A stretch of DNA of 64,000 nt, from positions 30,361-94,360 of the forward strand of contig JADZCN010000114.1 in the NCBI GenBank assembly GCA_020851565.1. Direction: 5' to 3'. Position numbers and translations under genes: made by a program. How positions within the stretch are numbered: position 1 is the stretch's first letter; the number at the start of each line of letters is the position of its first letter. The notes below the pieces were generated by a model that saw only the letters and a program-made list of their open reading frames with translations, had not been told where the DNA came from and ran no database searches. Source of the DNA: Acidobacteriota bacterium. Its GTDB lineage: Bacteria > Acidobacteriota > Vicinamibacteria > Vicinamibacterales > UBA2999. This document shows positions 62,032 through 64,000 of this stretch, piece after piece.

Positions 62032-62784
62032 ATGTCCCGCCCCTTTCGCGCCGGCCAGTCCGTTGAAGATCACTGCCGGCAGTGCCACGAAGACCGCATG
62101 CACACCGTCATCGTCGTGGACGCTGCATCGCAACCTCTGCGTGTGCGATGCGACTACTGCGGGAGCGAGCACAACTATCGTGGAGGGCCGAGGACGGCGA
62201 TTCCGGGTCGGGAGTCGGGAGTCGGCAGTCGGGAGTCGGGTGGTGGGAGTAGTCGGGAGTCGGACGTCGGGGGGCGGGAGTCTGGCAGTTGGCTCTCACC
62301 CACGGCGACCGGGGCGACGGCAGGGTACTCGCGGCCGGCGCCACTCGAGCCCCTCGTCAGCGAGCGTGAGCGGTATTACCAGGAACCAGGGATCAGGGAT
62401 CAGGGATCAGGGGGCGGGGATCAGGAGGCAGGTGCAGACATGTCAGCCGTTGATTTCGAGACCCTGCTGCGCCGGGTGATCCGGGAGGAGACCGGGCTCA
62501 CGCCGGTGGCGCCCGCCGAGAAGTGGCGTGGCGGCGACCTCGTTCTTCGTCCGGGCAAGCCCGGCGTGCAGGAGAAGAGCTGGCCCATCGAGACGTTCTT
62601 CCACAAGGTCGTCATGCTGCGGAACCGGCTGCGCACGCTGGAGCAGCAGGTGAACGCGTCGGATCTGCCGGACGACCAGAAGGTGAAGATCCAGAGCTAC
62701 ATCACGGGGTGTTATGGGTCGCTGACCAGCTTCAACGTGCTGTTCGCGGACGAGGAGGACAAGTTCGTGGGCTCCGGGGAATAG
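62032..62784 (+). CDS. Hypothetical protein: N-terminal CxxC..CxxC zinc-ribbon, repeat-encoded low-complexity linker, conserved-looking C-terminal domain
   Basis: In-frame C-terminal part of ORF 60580..62784 from the ATG at 62032; TACAAT lies 9 nt upstream. CRQCHEDRMHTVIVV..VRCDYCGSEH forms the zinc ribbon. The linker (GRESGVGSRESGGGSSRESDVGGRESGS..PGIRDQGSGGGDQE) is encoded by the arrays. An alternative independent start is ATG 62440 (AGGAGG 11 nt upstream) for the C-terminal 114 aa. Confidence 0.55.
   Translation: MSRPFRAGQSVEDHCRQCHEDRMHTVIVVDAASQPLRVRCDYCGSEHNYRGGPRTAIPGRESGVGSRESGGGSSRESDVGGRESGSWLSPTATGATAGYSRPAPLEPLVSERERYYQEPGIRDQGSGGGDQEAGADMSAVDFETLLRRVIREETGLTPVAPAEKWRGGDLVLRPGKPGVQEKSWPIETFFHKVVMLRNRLRTLEQQVNASDLPDDQKVKIQSYITGCYGSLTSFNVLFADEEDKFVGSGE
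62205..62420. repeat. GGGAGTCG 8-mer array (62205-62292) and GGGATCAG 8-mer array (62385-62420) inside an ORF
   Basis: CGGGTCGGGAGTCGGGAGTCGGCAGTCGGGAGTCGGGTGGTGGGAGTAGTCGGGAGTCGGACGTCGG..GGGAGTC, and CAGGGATCAGGGATCAGGGATCAGGGGGCGGGGATCAGG. GTCGGGAGTCGGG also follows both TPM gene stops (57596-57610 and 58608-58621). Confidence 0.9.
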
Positions 62785-62800
62785 GCACGGAGCCCGGCGT

Positions 62801-62980
62801 CCATTGACGATTGCCAATTGACGATTGGGTGATTCATTGGGCGATCGGGCGATTGAGCCAAGGCGGCATTTGGATTGGTTCAATGCGTCAATGGCCCATT
62901 GCGCCAATCCGAATGCCCCAATGCCCAATCGCTCAATCACCCAATGAATCGCTCAATCACCAATTGGCAATCATCAATGG
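62801..62980. repeat. GATTG/CAATC palindromic element, full copy (E5)
   Basis: Left arm CCATTGACGATTGCCAATTGACGATTGGGTGATTCATTGGGCGATCGGGCGATTG. Right arm CAATCGCTCAATCACCCAATGAATCGCTCAATCACCAATTGGCAATCATCAATGG. It starts 17 nt after the stop of 62032..62784. Confidence 0.9.
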
Positions 62981-63015
62981 ACACCTCCTCCGGCAACCTG
63001 TCGCCGCGTGCCGCT

Positions 63016-64000
63016 TCACTCTGAAGCGCCCTCGGTCGGCACCCACACCTCCCGCCATCCGGTTCCCGTCCAGATGCGCGCGGACATGCCCTTGCGCTCC
63101 GGACACTCCGTCACCGGGTGGTCCACGTTGCCGCGCGCTTCCAGTTGCCGGTGCGCCTGCCAGTAGCCGTCCGACATCCACCGCGCGACGGGTTCCAGCT
63201 GCGGCGACAAACGATAGTGGCTGAAGATCTCGCCTCTTCCATCCAATTGCGGCATTTCACGGACCCCGAGCTCGACGCCCTGGGTGGACACGCCGAGCCG
63301 GTGCCCGCGGTTGTACGGGTGACCCAGCCGCTGGCTTGCCTCGGTCTGTGGGAACAGCACATAGGCCGCCGGTGGGCTGGCGAGCCACTCCGGCGCGCAG
63401 TTGGCACAGGAGAAGGTCGGATCCGCCTGGGGAGATACCGCCGGCGCCTCGCGGAGGTCGACGGCGGCGAGCATGGCGCACTTGTACTCGTTGTTGATGC
63501 CTGCCGCGAGGACCAGGTTGCCGGCGGGGGTGGGCGCCAGCTGCAGCGCGTACAGGTGCCCGGAGTGCACGAAGTGCAGGAGCTCGTGGCCCTCCGCGTC
63601 GAGCGAGACGAGGAAGGACGGCCACCAGATGTCGTGGTACACCGCCAGCACGACGCGCGAGCGCCCGCCCTCGTCTGGGACGACGAGCTGGCTGGTCACC
63701 GCCCACGGCCCGTCGAACGTGCGGTCCCCGAAGCGGAGCGCGCGGTGGGGCTGGTACTGCCACCGCAGCGTGCCATCCGCAGCATAGGCCCGTACCTCGT
63801 CGCTCAGGACGCGGCGCCCCGCGGCATAGGAGAGCGTGACCATCACCTCGTCCAGACCATCGCCGTCAAGGTCCGCGATGGTGGTGACGCCGTGGACGAC
63901 CACGCCCGGTGGCATCGCGTCCTCGCCCACCGGCATCAGATCGTTGAGCGGGACGGCAAAGGCCACGCGGCCGTCGAGGGTCCATGCGAGCAGCCCGTGC
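63016..64000 (-). CDS. Hypothetical protein, 5'-truncated by the window edge (FG-GAP/VCBS-like DxDGDG motif)
   Basis: ORF 63016..63966 stays open in frame to position 64000 (..HGLLAWTLDGRVAFAVPLNDL..). It contains IADLDGDGLDEVMV. No finer assignment. Confidence 0.6.
   Translation of the reverse strand, partial: HGLLAWTLDGRVAFAVPLNDLMPVGEDAMPPGVVVHGVTTIADLDGDGLDEVMVTLSYAAGRRVLSDEVRAYAADGTLRWQYQPHRALRFGDRTFDGPWAVTSQLVVPDEGGRSRVVLAVYHDIWWPSFLVSLDAEGHELLHFVHSGHLYALQLAPTPAGNLVLAAGINNEYKCAMLAAVDLREAPAVSPQADPTFSCANCAPEWLASPPAAYVLFPQTEASQRLGHPYNRGHRLGVSTQGVELGVREMPQLDGRGEIFSHYRLSPQLEPVARWMSDGYWQAHRQLEARGNVDHPVTECPERKGMSARIWTGTGWREVWVPTEGASE

Overview
GC-rich (by eye about two-thirds G+C, not computed) bacterial chromosomal window. 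It is most plausibly Acidobacteriota: it holds four MacB/FtsX-type duplicated orphan (ADOP-like) permeases, one of them behind a PadR regulator, plus an ECF sigma / Ser-Thr kinase pair. I call about 41 protein-coding genes and one disrupted giant gene. They encode mostly secreted or envelope and housekeeping functions: BNR/Asp-box protein, two amidohydrolases, FAD oxidoreductase, 1-Cys peroxiredoxin, M1 aminopeptidase, tandem USP, degenerate glutathione peroxidase, DinB, aminotransferase, YbaK, MarR-GNAT fusion, methyltransferase, S58 peptidase, APC permease, GlnRS, ArsB/NhaD-type permease, two TPM proteins and a multicopper oxidase. I found no rRNA, tRNA, CRISPR, transposase, integrase or phage module, and no recognisable defence system. 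Most long ORFs in the six-frame track are GC-driven antisense or out-of-frame artefacts. The unusual content is non-coding. (1) A family of long palindromic elements built from GATTG/CAATC heptamers has five copies, each sitting on a gene end; some supply stop codons, and one supplies a -10 box and an ATG. (2) Tandem arrays of 7-15-nt (once ~47-nt) units fill roughly two thirds of the intergenic gaps. They come from a small set of unit families reused in both orientations, sometimes as inverted arrays, sometimes G-quadruplex-competent, and sometimes running into ORFs. (3) At about eleven genes a TANNNT -10-like hexamer lies 6-9 nt upstream of the ATG, implying leaderless mRNAs. Coding-side oddities are also reported: an RCC1/Ig-like giant gene broken by a diverged 439-bp out-of-frame tandem duplication plus a 1-nt deletion, a multicopper oxidase coupled to a CxxCH terpene-cyclase-like protein, a YadA-head/S74-chaperone protein with a degenerate catalytic dyad, and a glutathione peroxidase lacking helix alpha-1. 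All functional calls rest on motif recognition by eye; no database search was possible.
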